The translations under genes and the position numbers were made by a program. 64,000 nucleotides of DNA from positions 204,277 through 268,276 of the forward strand of contig JACPUR010000013.1 in assembly GCA_016192135.1 (NCBI GenBank), read 5' to 3'. Of this stretch, positions 38,563 through 47,356 are shown piece after piece. Numbering within the stretch: position 1 is the first letter of the stretch; the number at the start of each line of letters is the position of its first letter. The notes beneath the pieces are model-generated. The model saw only the letters and a program-made list of their open reading frames with translations, searched no databases and had not been told where the DNA came from. The stretch comes from Candidatus Tectimicrobiota bacterium (lineage in GTDB: Bacteria; UBA8248).

Positions 38563-40407
38563 TCAAGACGCGGCCATGGCGCGGCGCCTGGCCGCGGTAG
38601 CCTCTCGATCCACCTGGCCGGTCCCGTCCAGGATCACCCCATACACCTCCGCCGCCCGTCCGCGCGAGACCCAGCGTTCCTCCACGTCATAGCGGACCTT
38701 CTCGGCCGGACGCTCCCAGGGCGGGCCGTACCCTCCGCCGCCCGTGCAGTAGGAGGCCACCGTCTCGCCCGGCTCCAGGATGATGTCGGCGCAGGCAGGC
38801 AGCTCCACCAGTTCTCCGCTCCTTTTCCGGCGGTAGTTCCGGGAGGGGACGCCGTCCAGCCCCCCCCGCGTCCCCTGGGCCGGGTGGATGGCGCCGTCCG
38901 AGACGTACGCCACCTCGAGCTTCCCGCCCCCCACGGGGCCGTACTCGGCGAAGCCCGAAGGCGCCCCAACCGTGCGGCCCGCGCCCTCGGTGTCGATCAG
39001 GAGGCGGCGCGTCTTGATCAGGATGGGAAAGTGGAGCTCGTCCAGCTCCACGCTGTCCACGAAGCACATCCCCGAGTTGCCGGCGTGGAGGATGGTCAGC
39101 CAGGCGTCGGTCTTGCCCGCCCCCGCGCCCCCCGTGACCATCAGGAAGAGGTGGTTCACGAAGGGCTCGTTGTTGTTGCGGGGATCGAAGCCCGACACGA
39201 CCCCCATCGAGGCGGGGAAAATGGCCCCGCACTCGGCCAGGCCGATCCCGTCCTGGATCTGGGAGAAAGCGCGCTGGACGGGATTCGTCACCCGGTCGGC
39301 CAGGTTCGTCGTGGCCACGGACATGCTGGTGGGGTGCCTCCCGCCCCCGGCGATCGAGCCTTCCCGGATGTGGACCCGGATGCGCCGGAAGCTCCCCGAG
39401 TTCGTGGGCACGATGTCGTCGATGCTGTTGAAGATGCCGATCATGGCCCCGGTCCGGGCGCAGGCCTCGGAGAGATTCAGGCCGCAGGGCATGGCGTCCG
39501 GGTTGTCGCGCAGGTCCACCTCGATCATGGCCTTCTCGCTGTCCACGCGCACCTTCACCTTGATCGGGACGCCCTCGGGCGGGGTGCCCGGCACCGCGTC
39601 GTGGATGCTCACCGCTTCGGAGTAGCCTGTGGGGAGCTTCCGGATCGCGGAAATCATGATCTTCTCGCTGTAGTCAAACCACTCCTGGGTGAAGGCGTGC
39701 AGCATCTCCCAGCCGTACTCCCGGCCCATCGCCAGCACCTCGCGCTCCCCGATGCGCGCCGCGCCGATCATGGCGAGGTAGTCGCCGTGCCACTGATTGG
39801 GGACGCGGATGCGCATCCGGCAAAGGCGGACGATGTCTTCGATGTCGCGGTAGTCCTCCTGCACCTTGGTGGGAGGAAAGATGAGGGCGCCTTCCTCGTA
39901 AACGTCCCGCGCGTGGCCCATGTAGGTGGTCGGCTGGCCGTTGCCGCAGTCGGCCTGGTGGGCCTTCACCCACACCGTGAAGTGATGGGCGCCGCGTTCG
40001 TCGATGACGGGGACCAAGATGGTGTGGTCCGCCGGATGGGAGCAGCCGTGATAGGGAGAGTTATGCAGGAAGGCGTCTCCCCGCTTGAGGTTCGGGTGGA
40101 GCTCCATCATCGAGCGGGCCATGAGGTCCGCCCCGCTCAAGTGGTGGATGGGGAGCGACTCGGCCCCGGTCAAAAGCTCGCAATCCCGGGTGACGACGCT
40201 GGTCGAAAAGTCCCGCGCCAGGTTCAGCACCCCGGAGCGGCCCGTGCGCAGGAGGGTGTTGGCCATCTTGGTGGTGACGGCCTCGAAGCGCTTGCTCAGG
40301 ACGGCCAGGGTGACGGGGTCGAGCCGGGCCTGCTTTTTTCCCCGGGGCGGCGCCTTTCTCGGGGAGCCCGGCCCAGTCCCCCGGCTTCTCCCTGCGGCTC
40401 TGGCCAT
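38563..40407 (-). CDS. Hydantoinase B / oxoprolinase family subunit
   Basis: LDPVTLAVL, ARDFST, HNSPYHGCSHPADH, KAHQADCG, VYEEG, GGGGYGPP. ATG 40407 after AGGAGG. Confidence 0.92.
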   Translation of the reverse strand: MARAAGRSRGTGPGSPRKAPPRGKKQARLDPVTLAVLSKRFEAVTTKMANTLLRTGRSGVLNLARDFSTSVVTRDCELLTGAESLPIHHLSGADLMARSMMELHPNLKRGDAFLHNSPYHGCSHPADHTILVPVIDERGAHHFTVWVKAHQADCGNGQPTTYMGHARDVYEEGALIFPPTKVQEDYRDIEDIVRLCRMRIRVPNQWHGDYLAMIGAARIGEREVLAMGREYGWEMLHAFTQEWFDYSEKIMISAIRKLPTGYSEAVSIHDAVPGTPPEGVPIKVKVRVDSEKAMIEVDLRDNPDAMPCGLNLSEACARTGAMIGIFNSIDDIVPTNSGSFRRIRVHIREGSIAGGGRHPTSMSVATTNLADRVTNPVQRAFSQIQDGIGLAECGAIFPASMGVVSGFDPRNNNEPFVNHLFLMVTGGAGAGKTDAWLTILHAGNSGMCFVDSVELDELHFPILIKTRRLLIDTEGAGRTVGAPSGFAEYGPVGGGKLEVAYVSDGAIHPAQGTRGGLDGVPSRNYRRKRSGELVELPACADIILEPGETVASYCTGGGGYGPPWERPAEKVRYDVEERWVSRGRAAEVYGVILDGTGQVDREATAARRRAMAAS

Positions 40408-40463
40408 CCTCTTCCTCCTTTGAGGCTCGGCGCCCTCATCCCAGGGGCCGCCGACGGAACCGA

Positions 40464-40576
40464 GGTGAAATTTTTTTTGCCTATAACACCGGTGAATATC
40501 GGTGAAAATCCTTTGAAAATGGACCCTATTTGCCCTCTCAGGCTCCTCCAGGCCAGCCGAAATATCGTGAAATATC
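40464..40576. promoter_or_regulatory. AT-rich block of phased about 10-bp direct repeats between the hydantoinase A and B genes
   Basis: GGTGAAATTT(40464), GGTGAATATC(40491), GGTGAAAATC(40501), TTTGAAAATG(40512), CCGAAATATC(40557), GTGAAATATC(40567). Confidence 0.5.
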
Positions 40577-40746
40577 CCGGAATTTACCGAACAATCCTTC
40601 CTCGCATCCCGGGCGGCGGCCCTGTTCCTCTGGGCCAGAAGCGGCGGCGCCGGCAGCCGCTCCCATCGGGAAAGATACGCCCTACCCGCCCCCGGCCACC
40701 TACCGCAATTTCGCCCACCTTCCGGCACGGGCCGCTTTTTCGCTCC

Positions 40747-42810
40747 CTAGGGGCGGATCACCAAGTTCCCCGCCCGATTCCGGTGGGCCGACGCCCCCGG
40801 TTCGATGACCACTGTGGTGAAGGGGGACTCGATGACGGCGGGCCCCCGCACCGGGGCGTCCACCTTCAGGCTCCCGAAGAGCGCCACGCGGGTCTTCTGG
40901 CGGCGGCCGTCGAAGTAGGCCATCCGCGAGGGGGCGAGCTCCTTCTCGTAGAGCCCCTCGCGGGCGAGGCGGCCGAGCTGGCCCTTGCGGAGCCGGCACC
41001 GGGCTGCCGCGCGCCAGCCCACGAACTCCACCTCGGACCCGGGGTCCCGGAAGGCGAAGATCTCCTCATGGATGCCGTCGAAGGCCTCGCGCGCCCGCTG
41101 GATGTCCTTCGGCGACTTGAACCGCCCTTTCTCCAGCGGGACATCAATCTCCCAGATCTGGTGCCGGTAGCGGGCCTCGGCGTAGAAATCGATCGCGTGA
41201 TCCACCGCGCCCCGGCCGGGGCCCTTGATGAACGCCCGGCACTTTTCCTCCAGGGAGCGCAGCGCCGCGTTCACGCCCTCGAAGTCGAACTTGCCGGTGA
41301 CCGTATAGAACAAGGAGCGGTAATCCGCCTGCAGGTCGGACATGAGGGCGCCCGCGGCCGATAGCGCGGCCCCGAGGTGAGGGATGATCACCTGCCTGCA
41401 GCCCAGGCGCCGGGCGATGGCCACGGAATTGAGCCCGGCGGCGCCGCCCCCTCCTATCAGGACCGCCTCCCGGGGATCGATCCCCTGGTGGATGGTGATC
41501 TGCTCGATGGCCCCGACCATGTTCTCGGTGGCGAGCCGCAGGATGGCGTCCGCCGCCTTCTCCAGCGAGAGCCTGAGCGGCCGGGCCACGTGCGCCTCGA
41601 TGGCCCTGGCCGCGAGCCCCGCATCGAGCTGCATCGTCCCGCCCAGGAAGAAGAAGGGATCGATGTGGCCCAGGACGAGCGAGGCGTCCGTCACCGTGGG
41701 CAGCTCTCCCCCCTTCCCGTAGCAGGCCGGCCCCGGCACCGCCCCGGCGCTCTGGGGGCCGACATGGAGGAGCCCGCCCTCGTCCACCCAAGCGATGCTC
41801 CCTCCTCCCGCCCCAATGCTCTTCACGTCCACCGAGGGGAAGCCCAGGATGTGGCCCCGGTAGCGCTGGCCCAGCCAGGTCTCGGGCGTCATGGGGATCA
41901 CCCCCCGCCTCACCAGGCTCACGTCGTAGGTGGTGCCGCCGGTATCCGCCACGATGGCCGTCTCGGCCCGGGCGTCGAGCCGCGCGAAATGGCGCCCGGC
42001 GATGGGGGCCATCGAGGGGCCCGAACCCACGGAGTGGATGGGCGCCTTGGCCAGCTCGCCGGCGTCCATCACGCCGCCCTTGGAGGTCAGCATGAGGAGG
42101 CGGCCGCGGAAGCCCTTTTCCCGGAGCCTCTCCTCGAGGCCGCCGATGTAGCGGGACATGAGAGGCTTCAGGGAGGCGTCGATGCAGGCGGAGGAAGCCC
42201 GCCGGTACTCCCGGAGCATGGGGTTGAGCGCATGGGAGAGGGTGTGGGGGACTTCCGGAAGACGCTCGCCCAGGAGTTCCCCTATCCGGACCTCGTGCGC
42301 CGGATTGACGGTGGACCAGAGCAGGCACACCGCCACCGCTTCCACCTCGATCTCCCGCAGCCGGGAGATGATGGAAACCACCTCCTTCTCGTCCAGAGGC
42401 TCGTGCACCGTTCCATCCGCCCCGATGCGCTCGGGCACCTCGAAGGTGAGGGCGCGGGGGATGTAGGGCTTCGGGAATGGAACGAGGAAGTTGAAAGGCT
42501 CGAGCCTGCCCCCCTCCCGGAGCACCAGGATATCGGGGTGTCCCTTCGTGGTGAGGAAGGCCGTCTTTGCGGTGCTTCCGGTGACGATGGCGTTCGTGGC
42601 GTGGGTGGTGCCGTGGATGAACAGCTCGCCGGCGTCGAGAAGCTCCTCGACGGTCGTGGAGAAGGACTCGGCGGCAGCGGCCACGGCGGCCAGGATGCCC
42701 TCTGCCGGCTGGTGGGGGGTCGTCGGGGCCTTGAACATGTGGAGGGCGCCCGCGTCGTCTTCGAGCACCAGGTCGGTGAAGGTGCCGCCGGTGTCCACGG
42801 CAAACCGCAT
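40747..42810 (-). CDS. Hydantoinase A / oxoprolinase family subunit
   Basis: VDTGGTFTD, HGTTHATNA, SGP, DTGGTTYDVS, IGAGGGSIA, GPQSAGAVPGPACYG, PTVTDA. Confidence 0.95.
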   Translation of the reverse strand: MRFAVDTGGTFTDLVLEDDAGALHMFKAPTTPHQPAEGILAAVAAAAESFSTTVEELLDAGELFIHGTTHATNAIVTGSTAKTAFLTTKGHPDILVLREGGRLEPFNFLVPFPKPYIPRALTFEVPERIGADGTVHEPLDEKEVVSIISRLREIEVEAVAVCLLWSTVNPAHEVRIGELLGERLPEVPHTLSHALNPMLREYRRASSACIDASLKPLMSRYIGGLEERLREKGFRGRLLMLTSKGGVMDAGELAKAPIHSVGSGPSMAPIAGRHFARLDARAETAIVADTGGTTYDVSLVRRGVIPMTPETWLGQRYRGHILGFPSVDVKSIGAGGGSIAWVDEGGLLHVGPQSAGAVPGPACYGKGGELPTVTDASLVLGHIDPFFFLGGTMQLDAGLAARAIEAHVARPLRLSLEKAADAILRLATENMVGAIEQITIHQGIDPREAVLIGGGGAAGLNSVAIARRLGCRQVIIPHLGAALSAAGALMSDLQADYRSLFYTVTGKFDFEGVNAALRSLEEKCRAFIKGPGRGAVDHAIDFYAEARYRHQIWEIDVPLEKGRFKSPKDIQRAREAFDGIHEEIFAFRDPGSEVEFVGWRAAARCRLRKGQLGRLAREGLYEKELAPSRMAYFDGRRQKTRVALFGSLKVDAPVRGPAVIESPFTTVVIEPGASAHRNRAGNLVIRP

Positions 42811-42854
42811 CGGGTCCCTCTCCCTCCAATTGGCCGCGACTCAAGGATGAATGT

Positions 42855-42895
42855 GAATGGCATCTTACCCGCAAACGCGGGAAAGATCACCATTC
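42855..42895. promoter_or_regulatory. Long imperfect inverted repeat immediately upstream of hydantoinase A
   Basis: GAATGG-C-ATCTT-A-CCCGC-AAAC-GCGGG-A-AAGAT-CA-CCATTC; contains a -10-like TAAGAT on the minus strand. Confidence 0.4.
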
Positions 42896-43313
42896 CCGGC
42901 CCCCAAACCCCAAGCCGGCCGCCGGCTCTCTTCTTCGCCTCATTCGGCGGATGCCGCCTGAAGGAGGCAACGGCCGGGGTATCGCCCTGCGACGGAGCAT
43001 CCGGCGGAAGAAATCCGGACAGCCGGTCCCGTTGAACTTCCCGGACGGCAAGCTGCCCCGCCATCACCTGACGCAGCCGGCGCTCAGCATCGCAACCGGA
43101 TGGACCGCCGCATCCCAGTGGGGAATCCGGCGCGATTCACTTGAACCTTCCACCCGGCCGCCAATGGGACAATCAGGCGAAGACGTTCATTTCACATGAG
43201 GGCGAATTCTCACAGAGCACAGGGGCGGGCCTGCGGCGATTCCCCGCCCGATTCCAAAAAAATCCGGGCGACATGCGCTTGAGGCAAGATACGTCACGCG
43301 CATCACCGCCATT

Positions 43314-43817
43314 TCAATTTCTCGCCATCTGCTGAAGAACATAGGGGATGAGCCCCCCGGACGCCAGCAGCTCCTGCATGAATGCGGGGATGGGCATGGC
43401 CTCGAAGACTTCCCCCGTGGCTTCGTTTTCGACCCGGCCGCCGTCCAGGTCTACCCTTAGGCGGCTGCCCGTGCGTATCGACCCGGCAGGATAGTCAGAC
43501 TCCAGGAGAGGAAGGCCCCGGTTGAAGGCATTGCGGTAGAATATCTGGCCGAAAGAGCGCGCAATCACGCAACTCACGCCCAGGGCCTTGATGGCGATGG
43601 GGGCATGCTCGCGGGAGCTGCCGCAGCCGAAGTTGTGACCCGCCACGATGATGTCGCCCGGCTGAATCTTCGAGGCGAGGGATGGGTCCAGGCCCTCGAA
43701 GCAATAGGGAGCCAAGCGGTGGGGGTCGAAGGTAATCAGATATTTGGCGGGGATGATCACATCCGTGTCGATATGCTCTCCGAGCACCCAGGCGCGCCCC
43801 GTCAGAACATTCGCCAC
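43314..43817 (-). CDS. Aconitase-family hydro-lyase small subunit (LeuD/HacB/DmdB-like), copy 1
   Basis: GEHIDTDVIIPAKYL, NFGCGSSREHA, ARSFGQIFYRNAFNRGLP, GGLI. GTG 43817. Confidence 0.92.
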   Translation of the reverse strand: MANVLTGRAWVLGEHIDTDVIIPAKYLITFDPHRLAPYCFEGLDPSLASKIQPGDIIVAGHNFGCGSSREHAPIAIKALGVSCVIARSFGQIFYRNAFNRGLPLLESDYPAGSIRTGSRLRVDLDGGRVENEATGEVFEAMPIPAFMQELLASGGLIPYVLQQMARN

Positions 43818-43828
43818 GCCCGCGCCCC

Positions 43829-45088
43829 TCACAGCTCGTCCGGCGAGCCGAGCCGACCCAGCACCGCGGTCGCGGCGGCGACGGAAGGATTCACGAGATA
43901 GATCTCGGCCTTCGCCGAACCCTGGCGGCCGACAAAGTTCCGGTTTGAGGTGGAAACCGAACGCATCCCGTCGGCCAGTACCCCCATATGCGCTCCGATG
44001 CAGGGGCCGCAAGTGGGGGGGCTGAAGATTCCTCCCGCGTCCAGGATGATTTCGGCAATCCCTTCCCGCAGGCACTGGCGGTAAATCTGGGTGGTGCTGG
44101 GAATGACGATCAGCCGCACCCGCTTGGCGACCTTCCGGCCCTTCAGGATCTCCGCCGCGGCCCGCATGTCCGTCATCCAGCCGTTCGTGCAGGAGCCGAT
44201 GTAGACCTGATCCACGGCGACCCCGCCCACTTCCGACAGGAACTTCGTGTTGCTGGGAAGGTGCGGCATGGCGACCACAGGCTCAAGGCCGGAGACGTCC
44301 AGCTCATGGAGGGCGGCGTAGTCGGCATCCGGGTCCCCGTAAACGGGAGTGAATGGGCGCCGGGCGCGGGGCCGGACGTATTCCAATGTCTTCTCGTCCG
44401 GCTCGATGATGCCGTTCGCCGCTCCCGCCTCGACCGCCATGTTCGGAAGGGCGAACCGCTCCTCCATGGGAAGCCGGGCGATCGCTTCTCCAGCGAATTC
44501 CATGGCTTTCCCCTGGGCGCCGTCCACGCCGAATTTCCCGATCGTAAAGAGGATGAGGTCCTTGCCGGTCACCCACCGGGGAAGTTCGCCCTTGTAAATG
44601 TAGCGGATGGTTTCGGGCACGCGGAGCCACGTGCGGCCCGTGATGAGAATGGCCGCAATGTCCGTGCTGCCCATGCCGGTGGCGAAAGCGCCGACGCCGC
44701 CCCCCGTGCAGGCGTGGGAGTTGCCCCCGGCGAGAAGCTCGCCGGGAAGCACCAGACCCTCTTCCACGGCCAGGCAATTGTGGATGCCGGCGTTTCCCCC
44801 CTCGTAGAAGCGCTCGACCCCCATGCGCTCGCAGAACTCGCGCATCTTGCCGATGGTGTTGGCCACCTCGATGCTCTTGCTCGGCGCGTTCACCATCGCC
44901 GAGACGAAGAAGCGGTCCGGGTCGAATATCCTCCGGACGCCGTGCTCCTCCAGGATCTGAAAGGTGATGGGCCCTCCCAGATCGTCCGCGTAAGTCTGGT
45001 CGACGCGGACGGAAAGCGTCTCCATGGGGCGTACCCGGTCGCGGTCCGCGCGGCCGGCCAGGATCTTCTCCGTGAGGGTCATGCCCAT
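43829..45088 (-). CDS. Aconitase-family hydro-lyase large subunit (LeuC/HacA/DmdA-like), copy 1
   Basis: MGMTLTEKIL, [4Fe-4S] cysteines in IGSCTNG and CGPCIG, STSNRNFVGRQG. Confidence 0.92.
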   Translation of the reverse strand: MGMTLTEKILAGRADRDRVRPMETLSVRVDQTYADDLGGPITFQILEEHGVRRIFDPDRFFVSAMVNAPSKSIEVANTIGKMREFCERMGVERFYEGGNAGIHNCLAVEEGLVLPGELLAGGNSHACTGGGVGAFATGMGSTDIAAILITGRTWLRVPETIRYIYKGELPRWVTGKDLILFTIGKFGVDGAQGKAMEFAGEAIARLPMEERFALPNMAVEAGAANGIIEPDEKTLEYVRPRARRPFTPVYGDPDADYAALHELDVSGLEPVVAMPHLPSNTKFLSEVGGVAVDQVYIGSCTNGWMTDMRAAAEILKGRKVAKRVRLIVIPSTTQIYRQCLREGIAEIILDAGGIFSPPTCGPCIGAHMGVLADGMRSVSTSNRNFVGRQGSAKAEIYLVNPSVAAATAVLGRLGSPDEL

Positions 45089-45133
45089 CGGCGACTCCAC
45101 CCGCCGCATCCGCGGCGAGGATGCGGCCCCCGG

Positions 45134-46237
45134 CTACGCGGGGCCGTTTTCCTGAAGCAAGCTCACCCGCTCAGGAGGCACAAAGAGACTCACTGTGCTT
45201 TCAGGCTGATACCTGAGCCAGGAGCCGTTTTCGATTACGGTGAGGGTTTCCTCCCCCATCTTGACGCGGTAGACGCTATGCGTGCCGAGGAAGTCCGCCT
45301 TGACCACCTCAGCGGGCCACACGTTTCGCCGCCCCCCCGCGGAGTTTCCGGCCGGCTCCAAAAAGATATTCTCGGGCCGCAGGCTGAGCTCCACTTCGCT
45401 CCCCGGCGCCGGCGCGCCCGGCGCGGCGCAACGCAACTCCATGCCTTCCGCCAGGCGGACCACTCCCTCGCCGTCTTTCACCCATTCGAGGCGGCCCCGA
45501 AGAAAATTCGTGGCGCCGGTGAACTCCGCCACGAAGCGGTTGGACGGCCGGTTGTAGAGGGAAACCGGGTCGGCCAGCTGCATGATGCGGCCGGCGTTCA
45601 TGACCGCGATGCGGTCGCCCAGCACCACGGCCTCGGCCTGATCGTGCGTCACATAGAGGGCCGTGACGCCCGTCTTCCGCTGTATCTCCTTGAGCTCGAA
45701 CCGAAGACTCGCCCGGAGCTTGGCGTCGAGATTGGAGAGAGGCTCGTCCAGAAGAAGGATCCCCGGCTCGTTCGCCAGGCTCCGGGCAAGGGCCACCCGC
45801 TGCATCTGCCCGCCGCTCAGGGCCGTCGCCGGGCGCTCTTCCATGCCGGAGAGACCCACGAGAGCCAGCTTCTCCTTCACCTTCCGGCGGATCCCCTCCC
45901 GGGGATGGCGCTTCACGACGAGGCCGTAGGCCACGTTCTCGAAAACCGTCATGTGGGGCCAGATGGCATAAGACTGGAAGACCATCCCCAGGTTCCGCCG
46001 CTCGGGCGGGACCATGATGCCTTGCGCCGCATCCGTCATGGGAGCGCCGCCGATCAGGATGCGGCCCGCATCGGGTTCCTCGAACCCCGCCACGCAGCGA
46101 AGGGTCGTGGTCTTGCCGCAGCCGCTCGGGCCGAGCAGGACGAGGAATTCCCCTTGGGAGACCCTGAAGCTCACGCCGTCAACGGCGAGGACGGCCTCGC
46201 CGAAACGCTTTCTCAGCCCTTCGATGGCAAGTTCCAT
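45134..46237 (-). CDS. ABC ATP-binding protein, Fe3+/polyamine (FbpC/PotA-like), with TOBE domain
   Basis: GPSGCGKTT, LSGGQMQRVALAR, LLDEPLSNLDAKLR, YVTHDQ. Confidence 0.94.
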   Translation of the reverse strand: MELAIEGLRKRFGEAVLAVDGVSFRVSQGEFLVLLGPSGCGKTTTLRCVAGFEEPDAGRILIGGAPMTDAAQGIMVPPERRNLGMVFQSYAIWPHMTVFENVAYGLVVKRHPREGIRRKVKEKLALVGLSGMEERPATALSGGQMQRVALARSLANEPGILLLDEPLSNLDAKLRASLRFELKEIQRKTGVTALYVTHDQAEAVVLGDRIAVMNAGRIMQLADPVSLYNRPSNRFVAEFTGATNFLRGRLEWVKDGEGVVRLAEGMELRCAAPGAPAPGSEVELSLRPENIFLEPAGNSAGGRRNVWPAEVVKADFLGTHSVYRVKMGEETLTVIENGSWLRYQPESTVSLFVPPERVSLLQENGPA

Positions 46238-46267
46238 GTCAGGCGGGCCGCCTCATTCGCTTCGCTC

Positions 46268-47311
46268 CTACGGCTTGTAGCCGAAGATTTGGTTCCAGCG
46301 CTTGGTATAGGGAGCGCGCAGCTTGACGTAGTCGTCCTCCTTGGCCGACCAAATCTTCACCTTCTTCGGCGCCGTCGCGGGCGGGTCGATGTCGGTGCGG
46401 GCGGAGAGGCCTCCGACCTGCTTCGTCCAGACCTCCTGTCCCTCGCGCGAGAGGGTCCAGTTCTGCCAAAGCTTCGCGCCGTTGGGATTCTTGCCCACGG
46501 TGGTGATGCCATTGTTGAAGAGGATCATGACCACGCCCTCTTCGGGATAAACGAACTTTACGGGGGCGCCCTTCTTGATGTCGGCCACGGAGACCACGTC
46601 CAGGGCCACGGCCGCGGGCGTCTCGCCGTTGATGAGGGTCTTGCCGATGCCGCCGGCGCTCGTGAAGAAGCGCGGCTTCTGCGCGGCGAGCTTTTGCCAG
46701 TAGCTGTCGCTGTTGTTGCCGAGGACCTGGTACTGGAACAGCGCCGTCATCCAAGGGGTGCCGCCCAATTCCGCCGGAACGAGCCCCAGCTGCCCCTTGA
46801 AGCGCGGATGGACCAAATCCATCCAGTTCTTGGGCGGATCCTTCACCAGGACGGGATTGTAGGCGATGAGATAGAGATAGGGATAAGTGGGGTAGACCTC
46901 GCCGGCGATCTTGGTGTCCGCGGGATATTTGGCGTCCGTGGGCGGGGTGTGCTTGCCGATGATCCCCGCCTTCATCTCCGCGCGCATGAGCCCGCGGTCG
47001 GACATCTCGATCACGTCGGCCACGAGTTTTCCGGCCGAGTGCTCGGTCAAGATCTTCCGGTGGAGCGCGCCTCCGCCCAGCCGGACGACGTCCACCCTGA
47101 CTCCGGGAAACCGCTTGCCGAAATTCGTCTCCATGATCTTGGTGAGGGAAAGGATGTTCGCGGTGTAGACCACGACCTTGCCCTCTTTCTTGGCGTCGCG
47201 GATGAGCGCCTCCCCGCCGAATTCCTCAACCGGCGAAGCGGCGAATGCCGGGCCGCCCATGAACGCCGCGATCACTCCCAGAACGACAAGCCATCCATTC
47301 ATCCGGGTCAT
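46268..47311 (-). CDS. ABC substrate-binding protein, AfuA/FbpA-like family
   Basis: Signal peptide; AKKEGKVVVYT, YNPVLV..PKNWMDL, GAPVKFVYPEEG, NPNGAKLW. ATG 47311 after AGGAGG. Confidence 0.88.
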   Translation of the reverse strand: MTRMNGWLVVLGVIAAFMGGPAFAASPVEEFGGEALIRDAKKEGKVVVYTANILSLTKIMETNFGKRFPGVRVDVVRLGGGALHRKILTEHSAGKLVADVIEMSDRGLMRAEMKAGIIGKHTPPTDAKYPADTKIAGEVYPTYPYLYLIAYNPVLVKDPPKNWMDLVHPRFKGQLGLVPAELGGTPWMTALFQYQVLGNNSDSYWQKLAAQKPRFFTSAGGIGKTLINGETPAAVALDVVSVADIKKGAPVKFVYPEEGVVMILFNNGITTVGKNPNGAKLWQNWTLSREGQEVWTKQVGGLSARTDIDPPATAPKKVKIWSAKEDDYVKLRAPYTKRWNQIFGYKP

Positions 47312-47356
47312 TTTTGTGCCCTCCTTCACCTTTGGACGAGCCTTCCTCTGCGCCGG

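Noticed and set aside
40408..40728. 107-aa N-terminal extension of hydantoinase B given by the ORF track
   Set aside because: A strong RBS precedes ATG 40407, and the extension crosses an AT-rich promoter-like spacer with atypical codons.
37945..41364. 1139-aa plus-strand ORF and other long antisense ORFs (18395..20044, 20129..22000, 54387..56690, 62554..63870)
   Set aside because: Antisense to well-supported genes; typical high-GC shadow ORFs.
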